Shown one piece after another: positions 10,101 to 18,851 of a stretch of 64,000 bases of DNA. The stretch is taken from positions 32,001 through 96,000 of IMG/VR virus record IMGVR_UViG_3300044451_000434; one strand, given 5' to 3'. A program made the position numbers and the translations under genes. The notes under the pieces are model-generated. The model saw nothing but the letters and a program-made list of their open reading frames with translations. It searched no databases and was not told the origin of the DNA. Source of the stretch: a virus. Each line of letters opens with the position of its first letter. The first letter of the stretch is position 1.

Positions 10101-12340
10101 CCGATGTCTACCTGATTAAGTTGCTGTATTACTGATGCAATATTTGAATCAATTAAAGATATAGAAAAATGATTCTTAAAAGTGTCTGTAAACTCGTTAC
10201 TAGCAATTTCGGCACTGAGCACACCAGAACTCAATGAAAATTTATAAACTTCTATGCCAAGTCTGTTTTCTATTTTTGCCACATTAACCACAGCATTTTG
10301 ACTTGACGCCTCCACCCCCACATTGGAGAAAGTTGTGTCTATAATTAAGTAATCGTTTTGTTGATACGCAAATGGGGCAGTTCCGTGCGACGACACAGAA
10401 GAGAATCCCGACGCGTCCAATGATGACTTACTAGTAAAATTGCAGGACAGGCTCCATTCATCGACCGCAGATCCAGAAATCACTGTTGCACCAAACGGGT
10501 GAGCAACAATGACATGTTGACCGTATGAATCTCCAGAAATCAAAGATATTCCCGATCCTGATTGACCAATCACACTGCAGTCATAGACTCTCGGATAAAC
10601 AGATGGAGAAACAAAATACACCGTGTCACTTGAAGCAGTACCATCGGAGCCAACAACAGAAAATCCACTACTAGACTGACTTATATGTGACACAGAACTG
10701 CAAGGTAGAGACCCTAGTGGATATGCGCCCATCTCTTGTGCTGGAGAAAAACTTTTTGCAAAACTAACGCTTGATATCGTCAAGTCATACGAGGTGGAAT
10801 CTCTAGATCGCGGAGAAATCTGAACATACTTGGAGGTGGAAAAAATCTCTTGACCCGATATAGACCCGTTAAAAACCTGTACTGAATTAACATGCACAGC
10901 AACAGTCTTCCCGATGCATGACAATCCAACTTGCTTTTCTACAGTCATATCAAAAATGCCAGTGTATACAATATTACTCCCACTCCTCAAACGCAAAGCC
11001 GATGGGGATATGTCTAGTGAAATTAACAAAATATCATCTGAAACATCTAGAGAATACGGATATAATACCGTTGGACTAGAATCTGAATTCTTAACGCAGA
11101 ACATCCCAAATTGCAACCTCCAACCATCTGAATTAGAGGCACTAGAAAGCCAAGGATTTCCCGGGGTAGAAAAGCGAACCACATCCGAAATTGACTCCGA
11201 CCCGTCAATTGACAAGGTGATGTAGTATGTCAAACCTGGCAGCAAAACTCCCTCGGGAACAACTGCGATTCCCGATGACGCGGGCACCGTCTCTTCCCAA
11301 TAGAATCCATCACTAGGCAGACTTCCTATTTTTACCCGCATTTCCAAATCATCTGCATCGGGATATCGCCACGTTATTGTAGGAGACAAACTGTTGGATG
11401 TATTGTCTGATGCTCTACCATCAACAAGAACTGGGCTGAAAGATCTCGATGAAGCGCCTATCTCAACCGACTCAGATGTTGAAATTTGTCCTTCAGCGCC
11501 AGCAACCAAAGACTGAACCTGAACAAAAACTTCGTCTCCAGGGACAACCCTAAGTCGTGCCCATCTGCCTCCGTCTGTGTCGGATTCGTTAGTAGGTGGC
11601 GAAACCATCTCGTTGTTAACGAACCATCTATGTATAAAAGATACAGCATTTTGATTTACATCTGCAAAAGTTGAAGCATCGTAAGATGCATACAGAATAT
11701 CGTCTGAAGTGGGATTGGTCGGATGGATGGTAATATAAGAAGAAAAAGAAGAAACAGCGTCCACCGTCAGAGCTGACAGCACTACTGGAGCCCCAGATTC
11801 TAAAGAGTCAAACGGAATAACTCTAGCGAACCACTCATCGCCGAATCTGAGATAAGAAGAAGGCAGACTTGGTCTATCGTCTATAGCGAAAATTCTTGTA
11901 CCATTACAGTACCACTCTATTCTGTATTCCGCATCATTTGAGTAAGGAGTCACATCAATAGAAAGTATCGTATTTATACCCAAAGAGTTTTCAGAGTAAT
12001 TTGCAGAAACTTGAGGAACCGTCTTTATCCGTATTTTGAATTTTAGCCAAGATCCATTGTTTAAAAGCTTCAATTGGCCAAAAAACACTTTGGCACGCAC
12101 GAGCCCTCCTGCGAAATTGAAAGCATGCTCCGAGGAAGGCAAACTTGGCTGAAACACATTTGCGATGTTTCCATCAAAATTGTCGCTGCCCCATTCATCT
12201 TCTGAAGATCCTATCCTTATTTGATATCCATCATATTCAGCAGTGCAATCCCACGAAATGACGAATCCCTTTGGCAGCACATCGGATGGTGTTGCCGATA
12301 TTGGGTTACCGTCTATGCGGACATTTTCTAGTTCAGCCAT
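4160..12340 (-). CDS. Giant multidomain virion/tail-tip protein (2726 aa; Ig-like domains and beta-propellers)
   Basis: Long ORF in the post-tape-measure cluster. N-terminal Ig-like repeats, a propeller-like segment (VHVVWND, CHVCWDD), a split DTEPP...LADKAGN Ig-like domain and two C-terminal repeats. Confidence 0.65.
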   Translation of the reverse strand: MAELENVRIDGNPISATPSDVLPKGFVISWDCTAEYDGYQIRIGSSEDEWGSDNFDGNIANVFQPSLPSSEHAFNFAGGLVRAKVFFGQLKLLNNGSWLKFKIRIKTVPQVSANYSENSLGINTILSIDVTPYSNDAEYRIEWYCNGTRIFAIDDRPSLPSSYLRFGDEWFARVIPFDSLESGAPVVLSALTVDAVSSFSSYITIHPTNPTSDDILYASYDASTFADVNQNAVSFIHRWFVNNEMVSPPTNESDTDGGRWARLRVVPGDEVFVQVQSLVAGAEGQISTSESVEIGASSRSFSPVLVDGRASDNTSNSLSPTITWRYPDADDLEMRVKIGSLPSDGFYWEETVPASSGIAVVPEGVLLPGLTYYITLSIDGSESISDVVRFSTPGNPWLSSASNSDGWRLQFGMFCVKNSDSSPTVLYPYSLDVSDDILLISLDISPSALRLRSGSNIVYTGIFDMTVEKQVGLSCIGKTVAVHVNSVQVFNGSISGQEIFSTSKYVQISPRSRDSTSYDLTISSVSFAKSFSPAQEMGAYPLGSLPCSSVSHISQSSSGFSVVGSDGTASSDTVYFVSPSVYPRVYDCSVIGQSGSGISLISGDSYGQHVIVAHPFGATVISGSAVDEWSLSCNFTSKSSLDASGFSSVSSHGTAPFAYQQNDYLIIDTTFSNVGVEASSQNAVVNVAKIENRLGIEVYKFSLSSGVLSAEIASNEFTDTFKNHFSISLIDSNIASVIQQLNQVDIGANADVIPFSLYYNASVTSGYEGVNASFINDFDLTESSPLLLQVLSKTIFAGLVPMGSASGRKAYIETMRGSTIWSQYALDEGGYTMELSFAYEKIEESLASDSVDESGIGLSWFDGKTKHNINIETEKVIIDGNQVALSEAGQQIDVLISKNSTGTSAFMKLGGSMEWNGPFEIAESTGDMVSGTCFDPKIACSSDGASMVAVWWSDDGGNQPVSWMSWWSQDSGWSLPTRMYGDMPSSRPDILWSSSLGVYQVCLTSLDGSSAAIMHSAIFISGKLPKIQPYSRVALARSATCSGQVSVDGVDAVHVVWNDNISGHDELYHAYLPDSGGWSSGGSNGYKVTSTLGGVKNHKIVYSSNNLFVVFESLDGVGGSKIAMARYLVSKSRWESSGAGLVDIQLSSAMDSFASSRPSIASSQDGNCHVCWDDFIRKGTTPSSHRCIMYRSFNPSLTTLSTIVMVANDDSRDCTHASVSCPTDPVLVALAYLKRSVSVSGLSGVRQEQLGDVPTIHLTQRISTQITSSGWPGMDEHKLVVASTARIVSSVNLASSTFKNLHFVYGFSSISRQDRSQREFLNNDTTAYGRVSLAVFFASITQQFLELGSASESTDDVYLARVNEPYIRFGDMSSFRSAKLALYKLRVFVGGGYAPRQITFIGSAAQSLPAKNPSDVDIGASGDAFIVSDGHVFHYDWQSESLFDMSSETARAITHLPAPAAEAQSCYFDSDGNMLVLTQAGDVYVSYDLFRFVPFNFGAPVVKIVKSDGLYIVRSSKLFYIKNWNRYVSQIPSSQPSSAIAVAEDDMEEICDFNGGDVAHSNILGVCLIGQFGVRRIVDGFSVDVGSLGSFGSQRVVSLIDGHDGNVYCATSSRVFRLDGSRWTPLLLASSSGSRTNLGQIFSISKLADKLMVACEYGVFESRPSGGYMVGSMIANSSLYIVPPSRPIDTSSYEFSMPASETIESDSVLQVSINGRLVNVGFGVSQEDASRRVVKFACPLLAEDNVSLVVRDDLRLIRKLNPNRAEVASGYSSTRKLNHVADGGLEFYAVADAGERSVVKLSSSSGLPSDEVVLDTEPPQGKLNFVSQISANVVRLSIDTLGSEDGQLPYDATSGVSTYEISNFSNFTTNGVTPVEPKPFTAQFDHSLLNLSALSGLIWNETSGRISGFVSFRPASALSARDFVFTSVPAACRSKTGDNFSETQTMIGTDPVNSEIAGVIVFRNELYVAVVKSGENVAIYKSSDGAQFVSVSHLEAEGFAGFFLSDYDNSLYMLTDSPARIYYYTGSGSPSAKVNFVADRGSGISGFDRFVVVATGQDKRIYRADLGSVPIVVESLHYDSDALTTVDSLGTNIYVGTASSGRIMRSVDEDEPFLASFRSTTAPIHAVKKIVLAGRDNIFASVGRQIYRYANGWVVMGQSDADIVGIGQSTDNQVVFWTASSLYAVNVSGAVRRVYLRLADKAGNSTVLASEPDENGDGINDNLVLDISSSLLRSSAISGQIIEFEGNGDTTVVIGNGDAPFFSADRIRRESAVVETEILNASDGHVAWGTMSWVSVTPPDSEIWIYFKVGRTRDQCASAEYGTPITSVVEEFDMSGQVGQFIQIKIVLMSTSPNSNPIMQQISIESLTNSTSQFITTTFVLPSPVKRGILSMDKLVPVSAMIVPCLDTLDRVSIADFQELPENRLFSVDGSQYGTKLRVGFKFLTPASFIDDGTSSGNSQDIYSNTVLWNIDNSHSQIDDVVDFSVYFYDDQERTSLRASANTIDSPQYFLFDGLPFPNANGATILLGRIGSFAMLPYAFSLVSGTTYYVDIDVIRNGVEQNLSELSRPFIKEASVSMYNIIAFEFVPSDGFAGAYDFRIRIYEDEALTQMVGSYFSLANSSGWTAGDSDDPWLPTQPPFFGTQDPTRVTFTPPSGDIEVNNRYFITIESFNGHNFSFAFVGLTFMNIIETGFDCGDQVNVPILKGFSMMFELENGSLVKFNSLTQ

Positions 12341-12382
12341 ATGGTTTCAGCCCGATACAGCATTTTACAAACATGCGGAGAA

Positions 12383-13396
12383 TCAGCCTCCGTCAAAGAA
12401 TTTAGCTCCTGAACCTGTAAGTTTCAAGCCTTGAGTTGGAGAGTTGCTAAAAGTTGAGTTTTCAACAACCTTGAAAGGCTTAATATCTACGGGAAAATTG
12501 ACAGATTTCAAATTTCGGACAGCATCAAACTGCGAACCAGTAATGCCAAATAATTTCCCATCTTCACGCACCGCAAATGTGCCATAAGAAGTTTCTGCCA
12601 CCCCAGCAACCCCAACAAAATATTCTGGAATCCCAGGTATAACCTGCTGAAGGATACTTTTTGCAGCCACGAACGCATCTGAAGCCCCAACAGCAGAAAC
12701 CAAATCATACATAAAACTAGCATCCTCTATATCCATAGTAGTTACAACAAGATCTTTCATGCAATCACCCATAGAGGGAACAGACACTACGCCTGGGATG
12801 AAGCTAGCAAATTGACGATTGACTCTTAGATTTCTAGCATTACTTTTGATACCGAAAGGCGCCGGTATGCCTTCCGTATCTTTTTCTAGAATATGACCGT
12901 CTACATGCACATTCATTTTTTGATCCGAACCTGTTTTCAACTGCAAGACAACAAATTGCCATACAAAAGTATCATTGCCAGAAAATCTAAATGATGACGT
13001 CACTCCGCCTTCATTTTGAGAAAATAGGTAATCGCTTATTCCGTCTGTTCTTTGAATCCTAGAAAATGCCCACCCCCCTTGCTCAAATATATCTCCAGAT
13101 GAAGATTCAGAGCAAGACAAAAGGGTGGCTTGAATCTCACTAGGAACTCCGTCTGAGTTTACGGCAGGTCTAAAGGTATCGGTTCTCAGCCAAAAACAGA
13201 ATGTTAGATACTCGTTGACAGCTTGAGGCATGAGGCAGGAGACAACACATCCAGGAGTCATGACAAAAGCTGCACCAAAATCCGTGCTAGAAATGGTTGG
13301 TGAAGATGAAACATAAACAGGATTAGAAAAGACTTCAACGATTGGGGACGCTGAAAGGGCAAATCCTAAAGATGTTTCTTGCGTGGGACGAATCAT
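12383..13396 (-). CDS. LamG/concanavalin A-like domain virion protein (337 aa)
   Basis: LamG-type motifs LTFCFWLR, WQFVVLQL, MNVHVDG. Coupled by ATGA overlap to the upstream gene. Confidence 0.55.
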   Translation of the reverse strand: MIRPTQETSLGFALSASPIVEVFSNPVYVSSSPTISSTDFGAAFVMTPGCVVSCLMPQAVNEYLTFCFWLRTDTFRPAVNSDGVPSEIQATLLSCSESSSGDIFEQGGWAFSRIQRTDGISDYLFSQNEGGVTSSFRFSGNDTFVWQFVVLQLKTGSDQKMNVHVDGHILEKDTEGIPAPFGIKSNARNLRVNRQFASFIPGVVSVPSMGDCMKDLVVTTMDIEDASFMYDLVSAVGASDAFVAAKSILQQVIPGIPEYFVGVAGVAETSYGTFAVREDGKLFGITGSQFDAVRNLKSVNFPVDIKPFKVVENSTFSNSPTQGLKLTGSGAKFFDGG

Positions 13397-16300
13397 TTTG
13401 GATCAATCCTGAATGATACTGTATTTTCGGCTGCAAAAGACTTCTTATTAATTGCTAGCCAAACATACGCGCAAAATCCAGTTTCAAAATTTGACAAATC
13501 AAACGATACTGAACCTTCTAAAACATTATTTACGATGCCGATATTTTTTGCAATCACATCGTACATTGAGAATCTAGAAGGTGAAGGCATGCACCAGAAT
13601 TGATAAGAACCAAGAGCGGCCCGCGTGGTCAAATTAACCTTATCAGCACTTACACTTGAAACTATATGACGCTTGTCAAATTTTCCACCTTTTAATTCAA
13701 CAAGCACATCGCCAGGGGCAATTGCAGATGGCCTGTCTATCGCAGACAGGGTAAAACCATCAGACCTACCAACGTTAATCATAAAACCTTGTCTATTAGG
13801 CAATTCTAGAACAGCATGAGACTTGCTGGGCAATCCTGTCAAATTAACAGTAGCGCTATGCTTCTTTGTGTCAAAAATACCGTCAACGATGGCAATGCAT
13901 CTGACAGCATATTTACCATCTTGATATATGTGATCCAATATATTGCTGCTCAGCAAATAAATAGACTCACCTTGACGATGAACCGAATGCCTAAATCTTT
14001 TATCTATTGACATGACATTATTTAATACATTAACGCGCATCAATTCTCGACCAACATAAACAAACTGATCAACAAGATCAGGACATGTAACTGGCAGGCG
14101 AATGGCTCGATTAGAAAGCTCCTTGTTTACAAATATGCCATGACCATCAGCTGAATTTTTAGGAAAGAAGCCGAAACCCTGATTTATTTTTCCGATCTCT
14201 ACCTGTAAGGGATCTCCAACATAACCGCCAGTCGAAAGTCTTGAAGCTTGCGTCGGATCTGGCGAAGTAGTATATATAGCCATTTCAAATACAGACGAAG
14301 GCTCAGGAGCATCAACCCTATTTACAGATGCTGAATAGGATGAGCCCAAGCCCAAAGATGTCTCGAATGTTCCAAGAGAAGAAACCGACTGCGTCCTCAA
14401 GGCATGTGGGAGTTGAACATCGATGCCCAAAGTTGCTAATTTTTTGGAAAATTCTGTCAAGTTATCTGCGACTATCCTCATTCTAGATATTTCGCCACCA
14501 TTAGCATCTATATTCTTTATCAAGACACTACCATTAGTGAAAGACATTTTTACTGATTTGGCCTGATTGTTTTTACTGCTAGATGTGTAAGATATTTTTA
14601 AGGACTCTCCTGAAGTCGGCTCTTCAGAGGATTCTTCAGCAAGTGGTCGTGTCACGAGAGACTTGACAAGCTCTTCCCACTCTGCCCTACTTCGCACCTG
14701 ATCGATATCATAAAATACTTGACCCTTATGCATGTCAATTATTTGACTAAACTTACTAGCAGATATGTGATATTTTGTAGATTCAAAACCATCTGGCAAG
14801 GCCCGATTTGAAGAATTGAAGCCAGAACGCATATCTCCAAAACCACCCTTGGGGCGCAATCCGACGAGTGGCATATAACAAATCTTAGTATTTGGAAGTC
14901 CTGATCCTGAAATCCATCTTCTTACATATGAAGCGTGTAAATTTTGCATATTCGTTCGTAAAGTATCAAAATCACGATATTTGATGCTGGCTGAAACGAC
15001 TCCCACTAACACTTCTCTGTTGGAGCCGCCGATTACCCAATCAGTTCTATTGCTGCCATCTTTAATTTGCCTATTGCCAAAGACCTCGTATGAGTTGTAG
15101 CACCCCACAGATGGGACGAATGGGCTTTGTATCAACTCAGAACCAAATTGAGAAGTATTTATGTATGAAAAAATAGGAGAATTTATCAATCTAGAATCAG
15201 CAATACTATTCACTCCCTGCCTGTCCGCAACAAACTCTGAAGCAAGGTTTGGTATAAAATCTGTATAGCTGCAAGATATACCAGGTATGGCAAATTTACA
15301 CTTTGGATAAACATTCTTGATGTTATCAAGCACAGCATGCCGCAATGATGCTAGCGCAACATTTCTCATCGTTAGGTCATACCACAAGCTGAATGCCCTA
15401 TTTTGAGGATACATTTTTGCATCTTTGTCATATCTAATATCAGAAGCCGAGTACAATCCAACTACAGATCCACTTCTTGAAATTTGATCGACCACCACAT
15501 CGGATGAAGAAAATTCTTCTTTCATTGTTCCAAATGAAAGACCAGGAATTTTCTCTGTTGAAAATCTTCCTGAAGATGAAATACCTTGCCAGACGCCCGC
15601 AAATGGAGAGTTAGGAGCACATGAAGTTTCCGACCCCAATTCGGCAGCACAAGCAGCATGCACAGAAGATGGATGAGATATGTTATCAAAAGATATAAGG
15701 TTTACCCACGGCACAAATGGAGAATTACCTGCAGCAATAGATCTTCTGTTTGACCTTGCTGAAAATCTATTCAAAAATTTCCTTATCCATAAAGAAGATT
15801 GCTTAATTCCGTTTGCCATGAACGGAGTCATAAGCGGAAACTTGGAGAGCACAGACGCAGAAGACAACGGATCTGCGAATTGATATATGGCATCTGCAGG
15901 ATGCATAAACAAGAAGGGGTATATGTCAAGCAGTCCTTCATCTACTGTCTCACAATAATCTGCTGGAAGTGGAGAGCCAAAATACTCAAAAGACAAATGT
16001 ATCCCGTTTTCGAACAACGATTCGGCAGAGCCTGCCGCAAGAGGGGACAGCGTGAGCAACAAATCGAACGCGATGTCAGCAGCTTTCTCTGCCCCAACTG
16101 TACCGTATGGACTTACAATCTTCAAGTCTGCCTGCGAAAGACCCGTAACCCAGCCAGAAGCCACTAGCGACTTCGCTGCAGAGTCAACACATTTTTGTGG
16201 ATTTCCTGAAAACCACCAAGCTGGTATGCGCGACCTAGCGACATCAGCATTAATATTTGGGTTTTCTAGACATGATACTGCAACACATGGTCTAATTTTT

Positions 16301-17394
16301 GGGCATCCACTCGCAGAGGATGCAAGATAGTGATTGTTTGAAGACATGGTTCCAGATAATGTTCTAGAATCACAAGCAAGTTTTGATATTATAGAGACAT
16401 TATGATAAAATTCCAAAGGCTTTCCTACATTCACCGTCTCCCCAGGAGACATTTCTGTATGAACTCCATCGTTTACAATGTGCTGCTTAGACCATCCAGA
16501 GTCGTAACTGTCTGAGGCTAGATGAATCTCTCTTCCAACTGCTAGAGATGAATCTGACCTAATTATAGATTGCATCGGAGAAGATTCTTTGTATCTCATT
16601 ATTATTGGCGCGGAGTTCAAAAACCACTGAGGCAGATTTACCCCGCTGTCAATGTCCAATTCTGGATCCAACCAAATGACTCTCATGCCAAAATTTATCA
16701 TCAGATGGTTAGATAATTCAACACACTGACCATATGTAAGAGACCTAGTGGGAGAAAATGCGCCATAAATAGCCACACAATCAACCACCCCAACAAACGG
16801 CTGCAGATTTTGCCTAAGCCATTCCCTAGTTAGAGAATCAAAAAGATTTGGAAACTCAGAACCCTCCCATGTATTCAGTTGCAAAACCCTGTTGGTCTGG
16901 GAACTGCTGCTTGAAGATGAACTTGAAGAACTACTACTAGAAGACGAGTTGCTAGAAGATGAAAGCGTGACAGGCAGCGACCATCGCAAACCCACAATGA
17001 CCTGCAAGCCGAATGCAGACTTGCCATCGCGAAGAGCCGCTATAAGTGCACCCGATCCACCATCCATGGGTGGCTGATATGCTGATCCTAAATGGAGCAC
17101 TGATGAATCCCATCCAGCTATTAAGTTGGCAGCGGGGTTGCCGTCATAAGTTCCCATAGGCGCAACCATAAAAAATCTTCCGTAGCCTGCTAAATTCGCA
17201 CCCTCCATCATTCCATAAACATGCGAATAAAGACTTCCAGTGGAACCTAAGTACCAACTGCCAATATTATCTTCACACTCTTTTATGCCCCAGTCGCACA
17301 TGGGCATATGAGCAATAGATCTTCCATCAGGCATGTACTTGACAGGCAAGACAGCATATGAGTCATCTTCACGGATGCTGACGAACGATGTCAT
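13393..17394 (-). CDS. Large hypothetical virion protein (1333 aa) with poly-Ser tract
   Basis: Long ORF with 4-nt overlaps on both sides. Function not recognised; assigned by tail-cluster context. Confidence 0.5.
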   Translation of the reverse strand: MTSFVSIREDDSYAVLPVKYMPDGRSIAHMPMCDWGIKECEDNIGSWYLGSTGSLYSHVYGMMEGANLAGYGRFFMVAPMGTYDGNPAANLIAGWDSSVLHLGSAYQPPMDGGSGALIAALRDGKSAFGLQVIVGLRWSLPVTLSSSSNSSSSSSSSSSSSSSSSQTNRVLQLNTWEGSEFPNLFDSLTREWLRQNLQPFVGVVDCVAIYGAFSPTRSLTYGQCVELSNHLMINFGMRVIWLDPELDIDSGVNLPQWFLNSAPIIMRYKESSPMQSIIRSDSSLAVGREIHLASDSYDSGWSKQHIVNDGVHTEMSPGETVNVGKPLEFYHNVSIISKLACDSRTLSGTMSSNNHYLASSASGCPKIRPCVAVSCLENPNINADVARSRIPAWWFSGNPQKCVDSAAKSLVASGWVTGLSQADLKIVSPYGTVGAEKAADIAFDLLLTLSPLAAGSAESLFENGIHLSFEYFGSPLPADYCETVDEGLLDIYPFLFMHPADAIYQFADPLSSASVLSKFPLMTPFMANGIKQSSLWIRKFLNRFSARSNRRSIAAGNSPFVPWVNLISFDNISHPSSVHAACAAELGSETSCAPNSPFAGVWQGISSSGRFSTEKIPGLSFGTMKEEFSSSDVVVDQISRSGSVVGLYSASDIRYDKDAKMYPQNRAFSLWYDLTMRNVALASLRHAVLDNIKNVYPKCKFAIPGISCSYTDFIPNLASEFVADRQGVNSIADSRLINSPIFSYINTSQFGSELIQSPFVPSVGCYNSYEVFGNRQIKDGSNRTDWVIGGSNREVLVGVVSASIKYRDFDTLRTNMQNLHASYVRRWISGSGLPNTKICYMPLVGLRPKGGFGDMRSGFNSSNRALPDGFESTKYHISASKFSQIIDMHKGQVFYDIDQVRSRAEWEELVKSLVTRPLAEESSEEPTSGESLKISYTSSSKNNQAKSVKMSFTNGSVLIKNIDANGGEISRMRIVADNLTEFSKKLATLGIDVQLPHALRTQSVSSLGTFETSLGLGSSYSASVNRVDAPEPSSVFEMAIYTTSPDPTQASRLSTGGYVGDPLQVEIGKINQGFGFFPKNSADGHGIFVNKELSNRAIRLPVTCPDLVDQFVYVGRELMRVNVLNNVMSIDKRFRHSVHRQGESIYLLSSNILDHIYQDGKYAVRCIAIVDGIFDTKKHSATVNLTGLPSKSHAVLELPNRQGFMINVGRSDGFTLSAIDRPSAIAPGDVLVELKGGKFDKRHIVSSVSADKVNLTTRAALGSYQFWCMPSPSRFSMYDVIAKNIGIVNNVLEGSVSFDLSNFETGFCAYVWLAINKKSFAAENTVSFRIDPK
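16900..16962 (-). repeat. Poly-serine tract (S4-N-S16) within the 1333-aa protein
   Basis: 21 codons, 20 of them Ser, using all six Ser codons. Confidence 0.9.
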
Positions 17395-18851
17395 AATGTC
17401 ACAACCTGTACAATTGATGTATTATTTACAATCACAATCTTGTTGAAATTGCCCACAGAAACCGCCAAATTGCCAGATTTCAAAAATCTTACAGAAGAAA
17501 CAGGACCACCCATGAATCCAATTGATGTCAGAACTCCTGTCGATATTCTGAAAGCATTACCTGTCTGATCAAAGACAAAAACACCACCAGAATTAGCAGC
17601 CAATTTAACCGCAACCTGATTGGTGGTGGTACCGACGAAGACATCTGTCACTCCAACTGGTGATACCGCTGCAACATGCATCTTTTGTTGGATATCTTCC
17701 AAAGAAAAATAATACAAACCTTCAAATTCTGAAATTGCAATCGGTTTAGATGGAACAAATCCCAAAAATACCCTTGAATCTGTAATTTTGTAAAGCCTGA
17801 ATCCTGTATTGTATGGCTCTACAGAAACTATAGACGATTGCGTAGAAAGTTCAAAAAAATTAGAACTATCACTCAAGACCTGTACGGTTTTTATGGTACT
17901 CATGATTTCTCTCGGCTTATTACACCCGACGTCTATGGCTGTCACTGCGACATTCTTGACTCCGTCGCCTTCTGGCAGTGTGATTACATTGTCCAAGAAA
18001 GGCTGTCTTGGTTCTCCCTCATAATCCAAAACAATTTGACCATTATCATATCTGAAAATATTGAACTTACATGAAGAAACTGAAGTGGTTTCATCAAATG
18101 CATAAAGTTTGGCAATAATATCTTTAGAGTTGACATACAGAGCACCTTGAGCAAGTTCAATACTCAAATCTGGGCCTATTGTGTCCAATACGAAAGTTCC
18201 AGTGTTTCTGATTTTTAATTTTTCTATATTAACTGCAGAAGATATTCTATTTGCAGAGTCTCTTGTATATAGGGATATCATGCCATCATCGCAATTACCA
18301 ATCCTGCTTAGGTCTATAGAATATCTGTCTAGAAGCCTTACGGAATCTAGTATTGGGAATTGATAGATGCCTAGACTCTGACTTGAAAAATTCACAAACA
18401 ATCTCACATATTTATGTGTAGATTTCATTCTACCAAGATTGAGTTTAATAAAAAATGATCCGTTCAATTCTTGACCTGCTATCGGTTCCAAAACCTCAAT
18501 TTGATCAAGTTCGAATCCGTAAATTGAAACTGCTGAACGGTTAAAAGATATTTCAGATCTAAATCCATTTGAAGAAACCAATCGCACCCCTATATGCACT
18601 GAATTAGAATTCAAATAACTTGGCGGCAACCATGAAAATGAAGTTGATTGTGCAGGAACTGACGCAATAACTATCCATTTTGAATTTTGTGCATCTTTGG
18701 CATCAAGATTTAATGTTGTTAATATTTCAAATGTATAAGAGGCAATTTGAGAAGCCGTTAAAGAAGGTGAAAGCCAAGATATATCAACATTGGTGCAATT
18801 AATAACACTGCCGCCAACAGGCGTCAAAATGGAAGGACGAGGCACTGTCAC
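17391..18851 (-). CDS. Virion protein with FN3/Ig-like domains and propeller-like C-terminus (486 aa)
   Basis: FN3-like N-terminus (VDISWLSP...HIGVRLVSSNGFRSE) and an Ig-like unit DTIGP...EGDGVKNVAVTAIDVGCN. Confidence 0.55.
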   Translation of the reverse strand: MTVPRPSILTPVGGSVINCTNVDISWLSPSLTASQIASYTFEILTTLNLDAKDAQNSKWIVIASVPAQSTSFSWLPPSYLNSNSVHIGVRLVSSNGFRSEISFNRSAVSIYGFELDQIEVLEPIAGQELNGSFFIKLNLGRMKSTHKYVRLFVNFSSQSLGIYQFPILDSVRLLDRYSIDLSRIGNCDDGMISLYTRDSANRISSAVNIEKLKIRNTGTFVLDTIGPDLSIELAQGALYVNSKDIIAKLYAFDETTSVSSCKFNIFRYDNGQIVLDYEGEPRQPFLDNVITLPEGDGVKNVAVTAIDVGCNKPREIMSTIKTVQVLSDSSNFFELSTQSSIVSVEPYNTGFRLYKITDSRVFLGFVPSKPIAISEFEGLYYFSLEDIQQKMHVAAVSPVGVTDVFVGTTTNQVAVKLAANSGGVFVFDQTGNAFRISTGVLTSIGFMGGPVSSVRFLKSGNLAVSVGNFNKIVIVNNTSIVQVVTL

